Counted from the first letter of the stretch, positions 23,830 to 36,720 are shown. The stretch is 57,784 bases of DNA from Octopus sinensis (GCF_006345805.1 NW_021833096.1:1-57784), one strand, 5' to 3'. The notes: generated by a model not told the origin, from the letters alone. A program made the numbers and translations.

Positions 23830-26800
23830 GATATTTATTAAATATTCAAATTTGGCTGGATCAAAATTTGTGCCGATTTCAACCCTTTTCCAATCAAAGT
23901 TAGATCTTGATGCACGAAGGTTGCTAGAGTGATTCGTGGTTTCCTCGGAGATTGTTCCGGATGGGAGACGTAGTGGTGTTCCATTGCGAGATTTGCGGGA
24001 GTTTTCTTGTCCATTCTTAGGATGTGACCGAATAAGCCCATCTCTTACTTCTTATTTCTTCGTCCAACGAGTGTACATTGTACTTGGAGTAGAGAAGTTT
24101 GTTTGATATGCGTTTTGGCTAAAAGATTCTTAGGATGTGTGTTTCAGCTGCATTCTGTGGAAGGAATTCAGATTTTCCATTTCGTGCACTGTGAAAGAGG
24201 AGGATTGTACAATAAGACTGGTTTTACGAACATATTGTATAGTTTGATTTTTAGAGACGCGAAATTTTTTGCCTCTCAACCATATGTTGTTTAATCTTTT
24301 AAGCGCGAAAGTTGCTAGTGATTTTCTTCGTATCATGTCTTGTGTATCTCCTAAGAGAGTGCCAAGTTTCTTGTATGCCTCCATTTTTCCTCGTGTCGTT
24401 TGTCACATCGCCTCACTATAGTGTATTCTGGTTTTCTCAGTGTGATTTTTAGAATGATTTTTCAAAAGTGTTGGCCAATTTGTCTATAGTACCTTCTAAT
24501 TGGTGTCTGTTGCCGTGAAATCTATGTCATCTGCAAAGATGACTTCTTTAATATGTCTGGGGATATTATTCCTGGCATTCGTAGGGGTCGCTCCAGATAT
24601 ACGATGAATAAGACGGTGCCCTTGTTTGTTACAAATACTCTGAATTTCTGATTTTCGAGCTGGATAAATACAGTAGACTATTCATTTAACGAAAATGAAA
24701 ATTGAGCATTCGTTAAATGAATTTAACGAAAAAAATTGTTTAATTAAAAATGTGTCATGTAATCGGTATTTTAGGTTCCTTCTTTTATTTTTGCCAATAT
24801 ATTTCTCAAATTTGTAATTAGGTGAAATGTTCACCAGATTATTGCAAAAAATATTTTCAATATTTTCCAAATATTTAAGTGCATCTGCATAACCAATGGG
24901 ATTGTCATTTGTGCTATCTATTTCTTCATGCCTTTTTTTCTTCCTCACATTGTATTGTATCAAGATACGCGTTTTCTTCCTTTCGCAGACGACAGTGCAC
25001 AGACAGGAAACTCAATCATAATTTCACTTTATTATCTTTAATTGTAAGGTGATTTAATTTAATACCTTTTTCGTCAGTGGATTCTTCAAGTATTTTTTCA
25101 TCTATCTTCGCCCAATTATTTAATGCCTTGTTAAAGCAATTTTTGATAGTGTCCACTGTGACTTCGTTCCAAGCCTCAATAATTAAGGTAGAGCATTCAC
25201 TAATTTGAATTTGGTAAGTTCATCTGTATATGACAATGTTCCTATATTTGTTCCCATACTCTCAATTTCTAGTCATTTTCCTTTTTATACAACGATTTAA
25301 ATGAATGCACAATCCCTTGATCAATTGGTTGAATCTCAGATGTTGTCTTTGGAGGAAGAAAATACAATTCGATATTACTGAATTCGACATCAAAATAGTG
25401 AACTGGCGCATTATCTAAAAGAAGCAAATCTTTCTATTTTCCACACTCATTTTGGAATTTAACCGTTCAACCCAGTTTTTAAAAATTAAACTGGTCATCC
25501 AAGATTTATTGCTATTTCCATATTGAATCCCAAGATTATTCATATTAATATTTTAAACCATGAGGATTTTTGAATTTTCCGATTACCAACGGATGCTCTT
25601 TATCTCCTTCCATATTTGTGCATAATAACAGTGTTATTCGTTTTTAGAAAATTTTCCTGAAGCCCTTGATTCGGAGTCAAGAACTAATGTTTTTTTGGAG
25701 TACATTTGAAAAAAGGGCAGTTTCATCGCAGTTGTAAAATTTTTCGATCCATATTTTTTTAACATGGCTGCAAAGCGTTCATATGAATCTAAGCAAAACG
25801 GGATCCACTATTGTTCTTCTCCAGAATCGTGAGTGTTTTTATTTTATACTCTTCCTTAAAGGGTGAAATCCATGGGTGAGATGCTTTGAAATTTTCAATA
25901 TAAAATCGTTGAGCAATTTTGAGTGCCATTTCGCGTACCATTTTATTAGTTATGGTGTGATTACAGAAACGTTTGTTCTGAATCCATGCATATAGTGGTT
26001 CATATATCTTATCAGTACAACTTTTAATGTAATATTCTTTTTTGTTTGTGACGCCTTGATCCATACAATTGCATTTTCTTCAACGTTGAATTGATCACTC
26101 CAATAGGCATATTAAACCGCTGAGCCAAATTTTCTTGAGTAACATCAGGATTATTTTTCTTGAATCAATAACTTCCAGTTTTTGTTGAATTTGATAAGTT
26201 TTTCTTTTTTTCTTCATATTGTTCAACCTTGCACACATGGTTTACTACAAAGAAATAGCGAGGAAAAATTATTTTAATTTTATCAAAAATTTTAAGTTTC
26301 GTTATTTAAATATTCGTTAAATATATTTAAATATTCACTAATCAAAGAAAAAAATTTTATTTTTGAATTTATCTAAGGAAAAACGTAAAAAAATATTTTG
26401 ACTTTCGTAAAATGAATATTTTCGTTAAATTTTTTTTGTAAATGGATAGTCTACTGTAGTTGAGTGGAGGAGAGTAGATAACAATTATTCTGATGCAATC
26501 TTTTTTGAGTAATGGCGTTAATATTTGTATCATCTTAATTCTACTGATTGAGTCGAATGCTTTAGATAAGTCGATTCCCATTATGTGATACTCCTCTTTA
26601 TATTTTTGGCACGAAGCACACATCCATTTGTGGCTCCAAACAGCATCGGAAGTGATCTTCCAGGGACAAACCCACTTTGGCTGGGTCCGATAAATTCACG
26701 TAATGGGCCTTTAATTTTCTCCAAAGCATTAGTGATAAATTTTTACGAATGAGTTGAGTAGTATGATTGGTCTTAAGCTGTTTAGCTTTCCTTTTTCCTT

Positions 26801-27165
26801 CCCGCTTTATGTAAGGGAATTTATTTTCCGATTCCGATGTTAATTCTGGAGTGTTCTTTAAAAGTTTTGTAAGTAATCAGTTTTTGGAGCTCTTCAGGAG
26901 CATATTTCATGAGCTCTGCATTAACATTATCTGGACCTGGAGCTTTTGAGTTGTTTAGTCTGGTCACAGATTTTTTAACTTCCGTTAAAGTAATTTCTTT
27001 AGATAGCCTTCTGGGCCCTCCATCGAAAGGGTAAAGGGTTTCTTCGTTTTCAAAATTGAAATATTTTTCAAAGTGGTCGGCTATAGTGTCTGTGCGTTCC
27101 TGGTTCTTGTAAATAGTTCTTCCGAGTTTATCATGAACTGCTGGGTTTTCCGATTTCATGAACTG
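23830..27165 (-). mobile_element. Decayed RTE-like LINE split by a Tigger insertion
   Basis: LNNSKAPGPDNVNAELMK, QSGF, IDLSKAFDSI (26460-27160); FADDIDF, KKLGTLLG, LFGHILRM..TPANLAM (23838-24660). Confidence 0.85.
24671..26456 (-). mobile_element. pogo/Tigger DNA transposon, degenerate transposase
   Basis: TIRs CAGTAGACTAT(T/C)CATTTA flanked by TA; FKASHPWI, YNCDETAL, LLLDNAPVH, FLPPKTTSEIQPIDQG. Confidence 0.9.
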
Positions 27166-27795
27166 CTAAAAATCTTTGATCAGTCTTTTTAATCCAAAAC
27201 TCCGCGATTATAAGACAAAAATAAGTTTTCTAAGAACTAAGGATACAGCGATACAAATAAAAAACGGAACACTCATTTTCTCGATTTTTTCCTATTGAAT
27301 GATTGATTTATTTTAACAAAAATAGAATTTTTAGAAGACAAACATAACTTTAGCCTTTAAAAAAAATAAAAACAACTTAAATTTCGGACCGTAATTAAAT
27401 CCAGTTTTGTCCAAACAAAATAAAAAAGAGAACAAAAGAGTTTTTTAAACCATTTTTTATTTCGCTGTATATTCCCCAACAGTTCCTAGTAGTATAGACT
27501 AGCACTCGCTGGATGATTGTGCAGATTATTATTAGCACTATCATAGGAACATAATTTAAAGAAAATTTTGACGATTGACAGTCTCAATGTTCTTTTCTTG
27601 AAGTGAATTTGAAAACAGCTTATCATTGGTTTGAAAATAAAGACAAAGAAAGACATCCAAGAGGAGGTAAAAGACATTCAAAAAAATCAAATAAATATAA
27701 ATGAATTAATCAGTTCCTCAGATCACTTTGAAAGATTGTGCCGAGAAAATAGGAAATAATTATTCAATGTCTGTGTCTGTTACAACAGTAAGTAC

Positions 27796-27862
27796 CATCG
27801 AAGACGAATTCAAGAGGACTCTGAAGCACGCCTCCCGTGGAATACTGTCCATGGCCAACAGT
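27796..27862 (+). pseudogene. Isolated cyclophilin gene fragment
   Basis: IEDEFKRTLKHASRGILSMANS matches the cyclophilin motif EDEF..LKH..RG.LSMAN; the flanks are not cyclophilin. Confidence 0.7.
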
Positions 27863-29003
27863 GAGTCTAGAGTCAAAAAAGACCTAGAGTCACTCTCCCT
27901 GTTGTTCTAAACAAGGATCTTAATAAAATTAGAAAAAACTCAAATGTGCAAAAGACCTAGAAGAACAACAAGCAGACGCGAATACAGATACCGATGGAGA
28001 AGTTTGGTGAATAAAATCTCGAAACGTGTGGCACAAGCGGTACCTTAATTAATTTACATTCTTTGGTTCTGTGAACGTCCTTTCAATAATAATAATGGCT
28101 GAGTCGTATCAAATCAAATCTGAATTTACGTTTCCAATAGAGATTGGAGCGATTTTTGCTAGGACCATTATCAGAGCTATTTCGTTGGAATTAATCTCTC
28201 CGTAGGAGATCATTGGAAATGTACTACGATTAATAAAAATACAATTCTTTCGTAGGAATATAGTTCATACATATTAGTCATCATTTCTTTATTAATTCCT
28301 TTATTCCCAAGGTCTTGTGACCAATCTACAATGTTTTGTTTACTTAATTTATATCTTTTCATTGCATATCGGCCTTCCACAGTTCGAGCCTATCACCTTT
28401 AAGCAATCAAGTTCAAACCGCACTGAATGCATAATCCACAATTTCTCTGATCTTGTTTTTTACGTCAACAAATACCAGAAGAAAGATGTACGTTATAATC
28501 AATCCATGTAAGATATACTGTCAAACGTTATTTTACAAACGGAAGTTTCAAGTCCGATGTAAAGCGCCATTGCTTTTTCATTGGTCTATTCGAGTGAGAA
28601 AATTCTTTAACCGTGTCGGTAAATCAGTTAATTCACATTTTATAAGTCACTTTTCAAGTTTCTATAAACTTTTTATACCTGAAATTAGTTCTTCTGAGCA
28701 TTTCTTTCTGCCCCAATTTCCTACATTTAATTCTTTGACTGTTCAGATTTGTTTAAAGTTGTTTCATATGAAAAAAGATAGTTCTGTCCTCTCTTACTTG
28801 TTCACAAAAAATATCTTGTCGGAACCACCACTGTGTGTCAGACGCCTACTCATTCTTAATATAACTCCCAACATTGCCTCAAAAAAAGCTGTCGAGAGTA
28901 TGTTGATGATTTTGACGAATTCTAAGATTATATGTAACAAGTCTATGCATCTTTGTAATATAAAGAAAATTGGTCAAAATATAAATAAATATAAATGATC
29001 GTC

Positions 29004-31525
29004 TTAATGGTACGAATTTCTCAGTTCGTTGATGATCTTCAGGAGGGCGTCAGAAATTGTGTCTTTGAGACACAGGGAATCCTTCAACGTTCGCTTGTTC
29101 AATAAGAGAAACGACTGTCCGTCAAAATGCATGGATCTCAGCACGGAAGCCACATTTCGGCATTTCGTAGACTCGATGTACGTTATCAAATCCTCACAGG
29201 ACCAGTCCCGTGGGTCTTTTAGTAGGGAATTTGTATTTTCCTCAGAAAGTGGCAGATTTTGAATACATTCGATTTTTCTTTTAGATTTGGAGCAGATCTC
29301 CGGAAGTGAGAAATCTTTTTTACGTTGTTTGGATTTTGGAATTTTGGGGTTGCCTTGTTAATTTAATTTATTTAAATATACATAGTAAACAAGGTTTTCC
29401 TGATAAATTGACAAGGGAAATTAAATTCGGACAAGCTTTTAATTTTAGACACAATTTGAGTAGAAAGTGACTCAGTTGTTCCGCAGAATCACAGACCTCA
29501 AACTTGAGAAAACTGTCGAATTTACTGTTTATTAAGTACATAAATTCAAAAATACTTTTTAACGGATATCTGTATTGAACTAGTTAAATCTCCGAAAACA
29601 CTTAAAATTTCTTTCAGACGTTTAAAATTTGATGTACATCCAAGAATATACTCATATAGTGACCTAAGGACCAAAGAAATTGGCCCAGGTCCAATTATTT
29701 TGGGAATTCGAAGTATTTCTGACACATACAAGTACTTTCCAGAGTAGCACTGAGCATTAATGAAGATCTCAGAACTCCAAAGGTCCTCAATTTTCCTTAT
29801 TTCCACGTGGTCGTCCAACATATTTGATAAAAGAGCTTTTAACAGTATACTTTTATCTTGTTCACATAGTTGTGGTAATTTTGGCTGACTGAGTGGATAA
29901 TCGTTTGATTCAGCCCACCCAAAGGGGAGGACTTGGGGACTGTAGACTGAATAGATCAAAGATGATTCCTCGTTTATTTTGACAAAAATCAAATGTCCAG
30001 CAACTTTGAGGATTGTGGCTGGGCAGACACTTTGATTATTCGTAGGATTAATCACTTGAAGCTTCATCCCGGGTTCGAATCCAGGCTTTTTCTTGAACTG
30101 AAAGAAATAGTTTTTTATTAATATTTACTGTTCTTATGAACGATTTTGGAGCTTTTTCAAGTCCCTTTCCAATCCCTCTGTGTTTACTCCACCGAAAAAG
30201 TTTTCTGGTCCCTTTAACATGAGACCATCAATCACAACCATCAGACAACGTAAGAGGCAGTTTGTGGCTTACAGAAAACTCAACGGGAAGGATTCCATCA
30301 GAAAGAGAATAAAAAGATTCAATTTTTGTACCAGATTCGATTGAATCAATTTTAATGCACGTGTTGTCTATTATTTCGCTAATTTTTGCTGGAAATAGAA
30401 TCTGTCTGGTCTTCAAATCAAAAGCCTCGACTGCCATTCCAACTTTCAGTTTATGAACGGTTACTTCAAAGGGAATCTAAATCAAGTTAGAGGTCCTCGG
30501 CTACCTCAAACAGAAATGCTGGTACAGAAAGCACTTCTGTATTCCGAAATAAAAAAAACACAAATAAAAACCCCAAAGTTATCTCAAACAGTTTGACTCC
30601 TTCAAAAATAAGTATTCAGTCAACATACCTTCAATTTTGGGGAGTCCATATTCAATATTATTCTGTGCACCATACCCAACAGGGAAAAGTCTCCGAGAAG
30701 TGCAAAAAATCCAAAATTCAGAGAAATTTATATCCGGACATATCCATTTCAACAATAAATATCCTCCAACGTTTTTTATGATCTTTGCGAACCAAACCAT
30801 AGACAAGTGCCTTCTCCTATGCTTTACTTCCATGTACTTTCCCACAAGACCCTGAGAGCTCCATGTGAATATATTTTTCTAGGAATAATGCGAGAGAAAT
30901 ACTTTTATAAGGAATTCATCTTTAAAGGAATAACAATTCGTCAAAGTCTGTGAAATCTCTTCTTGCATGTTTTTGCCATCCATGACCGGAGGATATCGAT
31001 AAAGTAGGCCGTTTTCTCCTCCGTGGTAAAGTTGTTTGATTTTCGGTGAGTCAATTTTGATGGAAAAAGTTTTTTTGTCCCCTAAAAACTGAACTTTGAT
31101 CAACGGATATTTTATTTCGAGAACTTTGATGAACCAAACAGCGTTAGCTTCGACTTGATACTCATAAATTTGGTCCCCGTTCTCAGAGGGCATTCCACAG
31201 CATAAGCAATATGAGGAAATGCATTTGGGGAATACTCGAGAGAGTTAAATTCTTTTTTATTTTCTAAATCTTTGAAGGAAGTATCAGGCGGCAACTTCAA
31301 AGGTTTCATTTCTATAAGCACGTGATCAATTTGACTTTGTTTGAGCTTTGTCACATAGAAGGAAATATCATGAAGAACAGTTTTGTCTTTAAGAAATTGT
31401 TTTATGATCTTTGCCAATGAAAAATTGTGGAAGGTTTTGTCAGATTCGTTGACAAGATCAGGAATACTGAATTTCGAATTTTTTGTTGTATGATTTTCAT
31501 TGGCAGTTACAGGAGATTCGTCCAT
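29004..31525 (-). CDS. SFMBT: SFMBT-type Polycomb protein (MBT repeats + SLED + SAM); start may lie slightly upstream
   Basis: MBT motifs GKYMEV..AKIIKNVGGYLLLKW..LFPVGYG and GMKLQVINPTNNQSVCPATI..PFGWAESNDY; SLED IFINAQCYSGKYL..IGPGPISLVLR; SAM PRDWSCEDL..FDGQSFLLL. Confidence 0.85.
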
Positions 31526-31722
31526 AGAATCAGGTTTATCTCGACTGATAAAATTAGAATAAAAAAAGAATGAGAATATACATTAATTATTGTTTAATCC
31601 GTTAATACAATATCATTCCTGACTTACTCGACCTAATTACTGTTCATTTACCAGCACCAAAGCGTAGCAATTATATATTAATACAACATATCGTCATATA
31701 TAGCAAATAATAAAATGGTATG

Positions 31723-31791
31723 GTGTGTGTCTGTCTGTCTGTCTGTCTGTGTGTCTGTCTGTGTGTCTGTCTGTCTGTCTGTCTGTGTGTG
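31723..31791. repeat. (TGTC/TGTG)n microsatellite
   Basis: Directly visible. Confidence 0.95.
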
Positions 31792-31813
31792 CACACCAAC
31801 TTCAAATTGGCAA

Positions 31814-32828
31814 TACGATGTCCTCGACTTACATGATGAGGTCCTTAAAACCTTCCCCCCAAAAAAAATTAAAAAAAATTTTTCTGCGTTTTGGTCAAAA
31901 TGAACAACTACGATGTCCTCGACTTACATGATGAGGTCCTTAAAACCTTCCCCCCCAAAAAAATTAAAAAAAAATTTTCTGCATTTTGGTTAAAATGAAC
32001 AACTACAATGTCCTCGACTTACATGATGAAGTCCTTAAAACCTTCCCCCCAAAAAAATTAAAAAAAAATTTTCTGCATTTTGGTTAAAATGAACAACTAC
32101 AATGTCCTCGACTTACATGATGAAGTCCTTAAAACCTTCCCCCCCAAAAAAATTAAAAAAAAATTTTCTGCATTTTGGTTAAAATGAACAACTACAATGT
32201 CCTCGACTTACATGATGAAGTCCTTAAAACCTTCCCCCCCAAAAAAATTAAAAAAAAATTTTCTGCATTTTGGTTAGAATGAACAACTACAATGTCCTCG
32301 ACTTACATGATGAAGTCCCTAAAACCTTCCCCCCAAAAAAATTAAAAAAAATTTTCTGCATTTTGGTTAAAATGAACAACTACAATGTCCTCGACTTACA
32401 TGATGAAGTCCTTAAAACCTTCCCCCCAAAAAAAATTAAAAAAAAATTTTCTGCATTTTGGTTAAAATGAACAACTACAATGTCCTCGACTTACATGATG
32501 AAGTCCTTAAAACCTTCCCCCCCAAAAAAATTAAAAAAAAATTTTCTGCATTTTGGTTAAAATGAACAACTACAATGTCCTCGACTTACATGATGAAGTC
32601 CTTAAAACCTTCCCCCCCAAAAAAATTAAAAAAAAATTTTCTGCATTTTGGTTAAAATGAACAACTACAATGTCCTCAACTTACATGATGAAGTCCTTAA
32701 AACCTTCCCCCCAAAAAAATTAAAAAAAAATTTTCTGCATTTTGGTTAAAATGAACAACTACAATGTCCTCGACTTACATGATGAAGTCCTTAAAACCTT
32801 CCCCCCCAAAAAAAATTAAAAAAAATTT
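31814..32828. repeat. Tandem array of 93-95 bp units, about 10.7 copies
   Basis: Unit starts at 31814, 31909, 32004, 32098, 32193, 32288, 32381, 32476, 32571, 32666 and 32760. Confidence 0.97.
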
Positions 32829-32942
32829 GAATTCATCCTATGTTTTTCTCTTTAAAATTAAATGCATATATCATTATCGACCATGAATCAAAATTAAAGC
32901 TATTATCATATTTGACTTTGACAGAATGTGCAATCACAGATT

Positions 32943-33147
32943 GCACGACTTTGAATAGAGTGTGCAATTAACAGATTTTGAAAAACCACTTTGATAGTTG
33001 AAACCACATTAGCACAATCATTAACACAATTTACCACCAATTGACGCACGACCTTGAATAGAGTGTGCAATTAACAGATTTTGAAAAACACTTTGATAGT
33101 TGAAACCACATTAGCACAACCATTAACACAATTTACCACCAATTGAC
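32943..33147. repeat. Tandem duplication of about 103 bp
   Basis: GCACGAC(T/C)TTGAATAGAGTGTGC...ACCACCAATTGAC occurs twice. Confidence 0.93.
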
Positions 33148-34871
33148 AGCGCAATCAGAAGAATTTGCGTAAAAATATTAACTATTTACTTGAGTTTTTC
33201 GTATGCCTCTTTTCCTAAACTTTTTTATTATTCAAAAATAATTTTTTAAATAGATAACCGAAGGAGGAAAAACGAAGCTGAAGAAAAAACGGTCAGCTTA
33301 ATAAGGTAATTAATTAAATTTTTTTTGTGTGTCGCTTTCTTGCCTGCCGCATTTCCGCCTGCCGTATCTCCCCCTGCCCCATTTCCGCCAGTAAAAAATA
33401 AAAAAAGAAAAAAAGGAAATTACAAAGGAAAAATGAAAAAATTAATATAAAAAAAAATAAACCACAAAAAATGAAAAAAAAGTTTGCAATGACAATAAAC
33501 AAGGCCCAGGGACAGTCATTAAAGGTAGTTGGGTTATTTTTAGAGAGTGAGTGCTTTTCACATGGACAGCTGTATGTGGGATGCTCGAGGGTAGGCAGAA
33601 GAGAAAATTTATTCATATATGCCAAGGAAGGACGGACGACAAACATCGTTTATCAACAGGCGATAGAATAGGGTTACATTAAACCAGGTAGTTTTATACA
33701 TCTACATAAACTTATAGTTGTTTGATGAAACAGGCCCTCCGCAGGAGCTAGGTCGCGGTGAGCGAAGCGAGCTGCCGAGCTAGTAGCAAATATAATCTCT
33801 CACTCAAACACAATGCATCCGCGTAGACTAACTAACATAAAACCATAACGCATAGTGTACATACAAACAAGGATAAACAACCTACCAAACAGCGTATGTA
33901 TCTTTGCAAAATAATGTATGTATTCATATATCAACGAGAAAGTAGCGTATTTCGCCGTTAAATCAATATTTCACGATTATATGCGCTTGAGCGCTGTGGC
34001 TTTGGATGCTGGTATGTGGAGCTGCTAGTTTTTGGTATTTATGTGACTATTTTGTGATTTGAATTATCTGCGACAAGTTGAAATAACCACCAATTTCAAT
34101 GCACTGTACGAATTGTCAAAATGTGTTGGGATCGAAACTATTTATGCAGGAATTATAAATAGATTCCTTTACTTTAGAAAGAACGTTTTCATGTAGTTTT
34201 AATTACATAAAATTAAGGAAATTGATTGATTCGTGGTTCGTTTGTATATTAAATCATTTAATCAAAGCGCAAAGTAACCTATTCCATAATATTAAGATCG
34301 ATATAAAAATTAAAATTTATCTAATTATCGATCAAAAGATAATTTTATGAAAACAATATGTTTTTTTTAGCAACTTTTACATTTACAAATTTTTTTTATT
34401 TACAATAGTAATTAGATAGGTTGAAATAATATTTGACCTAAATGATATTCTTTAAGCATTATCTCGAATAGAATTTATTTTTTAATCTATTGATTTTTAT
34501 GACAAGTTATAGGTAGCAAACAACCTATTATTCAATTGTCTTTGTCAGCTAGAAATTCATTAAAATTGGTTAGTCAATTTAAAGATTTAATTATTAATTT
34601 AAGAATTATCTAGCAGAATACAATATTCAAATGATATGAATTTTACAAAAAACAGTCAAAAAACAATATTTTTTCCAATATCAAATGGAATATACACATT
34701 TTAATTGCTTGTTTATCGCATTTATAAAAATCAAATAAAATAGGTAATGGTTTTCTTCGAATTAGTATTTTTTTATTTATTCCAAATATTTCTCCTGAAG
34801 TATAAAATAATTATTCCATTTTATTGAGTAATAAAAATTTATAATAGCATTTTTAAGCATCTATATTCTTT

Positions 34872-35030
34872 TTAGAACAATCTTCGTCTCTTATGCCCAA
34901 CTATCATAGTCGGTACATAAAGGTCCTCGTACACTCGTATTCCTGATTCAGAAGAATCCTTCGGTTGACACTCAATCACTGCTTGCTTCTCTTCGGGAAC
35001 CGATATTCCATGTCTTGTCTCCACCTGCAT
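34872..35030 (-). CDS. Putative 52-aa microprotein ending in KRRRLF
   Basis: GC-richer ORF MQVETRHG...MIVGHKRRRLF* in AT-rich surroundings. Confidence 0.4.
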   Translation of the reverse strand: MQVETRHGISVPEEKQAVIECQPKDSSESGIRVYEDLYVPTMIVGHKRRRLF

Positions 35031-35580
35031 AATCTCCAATGTTTTTCTTTTAACAATATAAAATAATATTCATATAATTGCAAGTTATTGATTAATATAT
35101 TTAAAGTCACACACGTAAAATACGAGACAGTCATAATTTCACTGAGTTATAAAATTATATTCAAACAATATAATTTCGTAATTATTGATTACATCATTAT
35201 GATTTTGTTGTCAAAAAAACTTAGTAGATTATTGTAAATTACTAAGTAAAGTCAACAAACTAATAAATTCTCCCAGCGAGACGGAGGGAACAGCTGTTGC
35301 CACGCATGACAGCCAGCAGGATCCTCTGAATGAGGAAAGTAAATTCCCTAGGGTCCTTGGACCGCGAAGAACAAAGATGTCCCAATGATTGATTAGAGAT
35401 TAGATTGATTAGAGAGATTAGATTCATTATGATTGATTAGAGACTATAGTTAATACTTGAACTCTTGTTTAAGACCGATACGATCCATATGGGATATAAG
35501 AGAATATTTTTTGATAAATATAATTGTGTTAAGAATTATCATAAATTAATTAATTTAGCAAATTATGGTCAATTCCTACA

Positions 35581-35853
35581 ATGCTATTGGAAGATAAACA
35601 TTCTGTAGTAAGACTTGTAGATATGCCGGAATCTCTTAAACAAGAAGCTATCAAATGTGCCAGAAGAGCATTGGAGCAGAGTGATTGGGAGAGGGAGATT
35701 GCTGTGTTTATTAAAAATGAGTTTGATATTCTGCACAGTCCGATTTGTCAATGTGTGGTAGGGCAGAAATTTGGGAGTTATGTAACTTGTTGTAAGAATA
35801 ATTTTATTTATTTTTATTACGGGCGATTTGCTTTTCTTTTATATAAAATATAA
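35581..35853 (+). CDS. Dynein light chain LC8-family protein, divergent and intronless
   Basis: DMPESLKQEAI..EREIAVFIKNEFD..CVVGQKFGSYVT..FIYFYYGRFAFLLYK. Confidence 0.88.
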   Translation: MLLEDKHSVVRLVDMPESLKQEAIKCARRALEQSDWEREIAVFIKNEFDILHSPICQCVVGQKFGSYVTCCKNNFIYFYYGRFAFLLYKI

Positions 35854-36720
35854 TAATTGTTTCAACTGAATCTAATTAGAATAATTTGTTAATTAAGGAA
35901 ATCTCAACAGATATCGAGTAGTAACAAATACCGGGATTTTTCTTCAGTTGTTAATTGCCAGGAATGTTTGGAAACAAAGAATATAAATTGGTTAACCACC
36001 TTGAAATAATCAAAATTTATTTTTAACAAATATAACAAAAACTAGTTTATATGACCATAAATCTGAGAATAATGATTTAAAGAGTTCGTCAATAGGACAA
36101 ATTTTGTATTCCTTAAATATAACATTGGATTCACCATTACAGAATTATAGTCTGTATTGTAAAATTTATTTTTCAGGAATAACTTAATTTTTATTAGTTC
36201 ATATCAAAAAGATTTCTTTTCGTGATAATAAATGTCTGCGGTCTGATTCCTTATAAGGCATTTTTAACACATGCACTTGACAAAAAGGCTTCAAAAATCT
36301 AATAGAGTCGATTTTTAATTATTAACAAGCTCTATAAACTCCTGAATAATTTTTTAATCTAGTTTGAGATGTAGTTCGTTGTGTATTTGCAGTATTAGTT
36401 GAAAATGGAATCATTTCAGTTTAAATAGCAAATTCGTCTTTTTCCGGTTACCTATAGTTTGGTTCAAAAAATTTGTTTTAGTTGATTTAATTAAATGTGA
36501 ATACATTATCATTCTGAATTGTGGTTTATCAAAAATATAATATGTATTGTTGTGTTTCTTAAAATGTTTTTATTGATGATGAAATTGATTTTTGTCACTG
36601 CTATTAAAAAACACGGCTTACTATTGCGTGATTTTATGGGTATTATTTAAAGAAAAATGCTGGTTATATATACTTAAAAAAATTTACATCTGAATCAAAA
36701 AAACCATAGGGTTAGGTTAT

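Larger units (their letters stand above)
31691..33783 (+). mobile_element. Non-autonomous Helitron with PIF1-helicase C-terminal remnant
   Basis: A|TC 5' end followed by a (TGTC/TGTG) microsatellite; FAMTINKAQGQSL..FSHGQLYVGCSRV..TTNIVY (33471-33671); GC-rich hairpin-like segment then CTAG|T. Confidence 0.88.

Noticed and set aside
28453-28998. 181-aa plus-strand ORF as a gene
   Set aside because: TTG start, Phe/Ser/Leu-rich antisense-like composition, no motifs.
30068-30086. tRNA T-arm-like CCGGGTTCGAATCC
   Set aside because: It lies within SFMBT coding sequence (KPGFEPGMKL on -) and has no cloverleaf.
31715-32470. ORFs in the microsatellite and array
   Set aside because: They are translations of simple or tandem repeats.
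31814-32828. CRISPR-like array
   Set aside because: Head-to-tail units with no unique spacers, no cas genes and a eukaryotic context.
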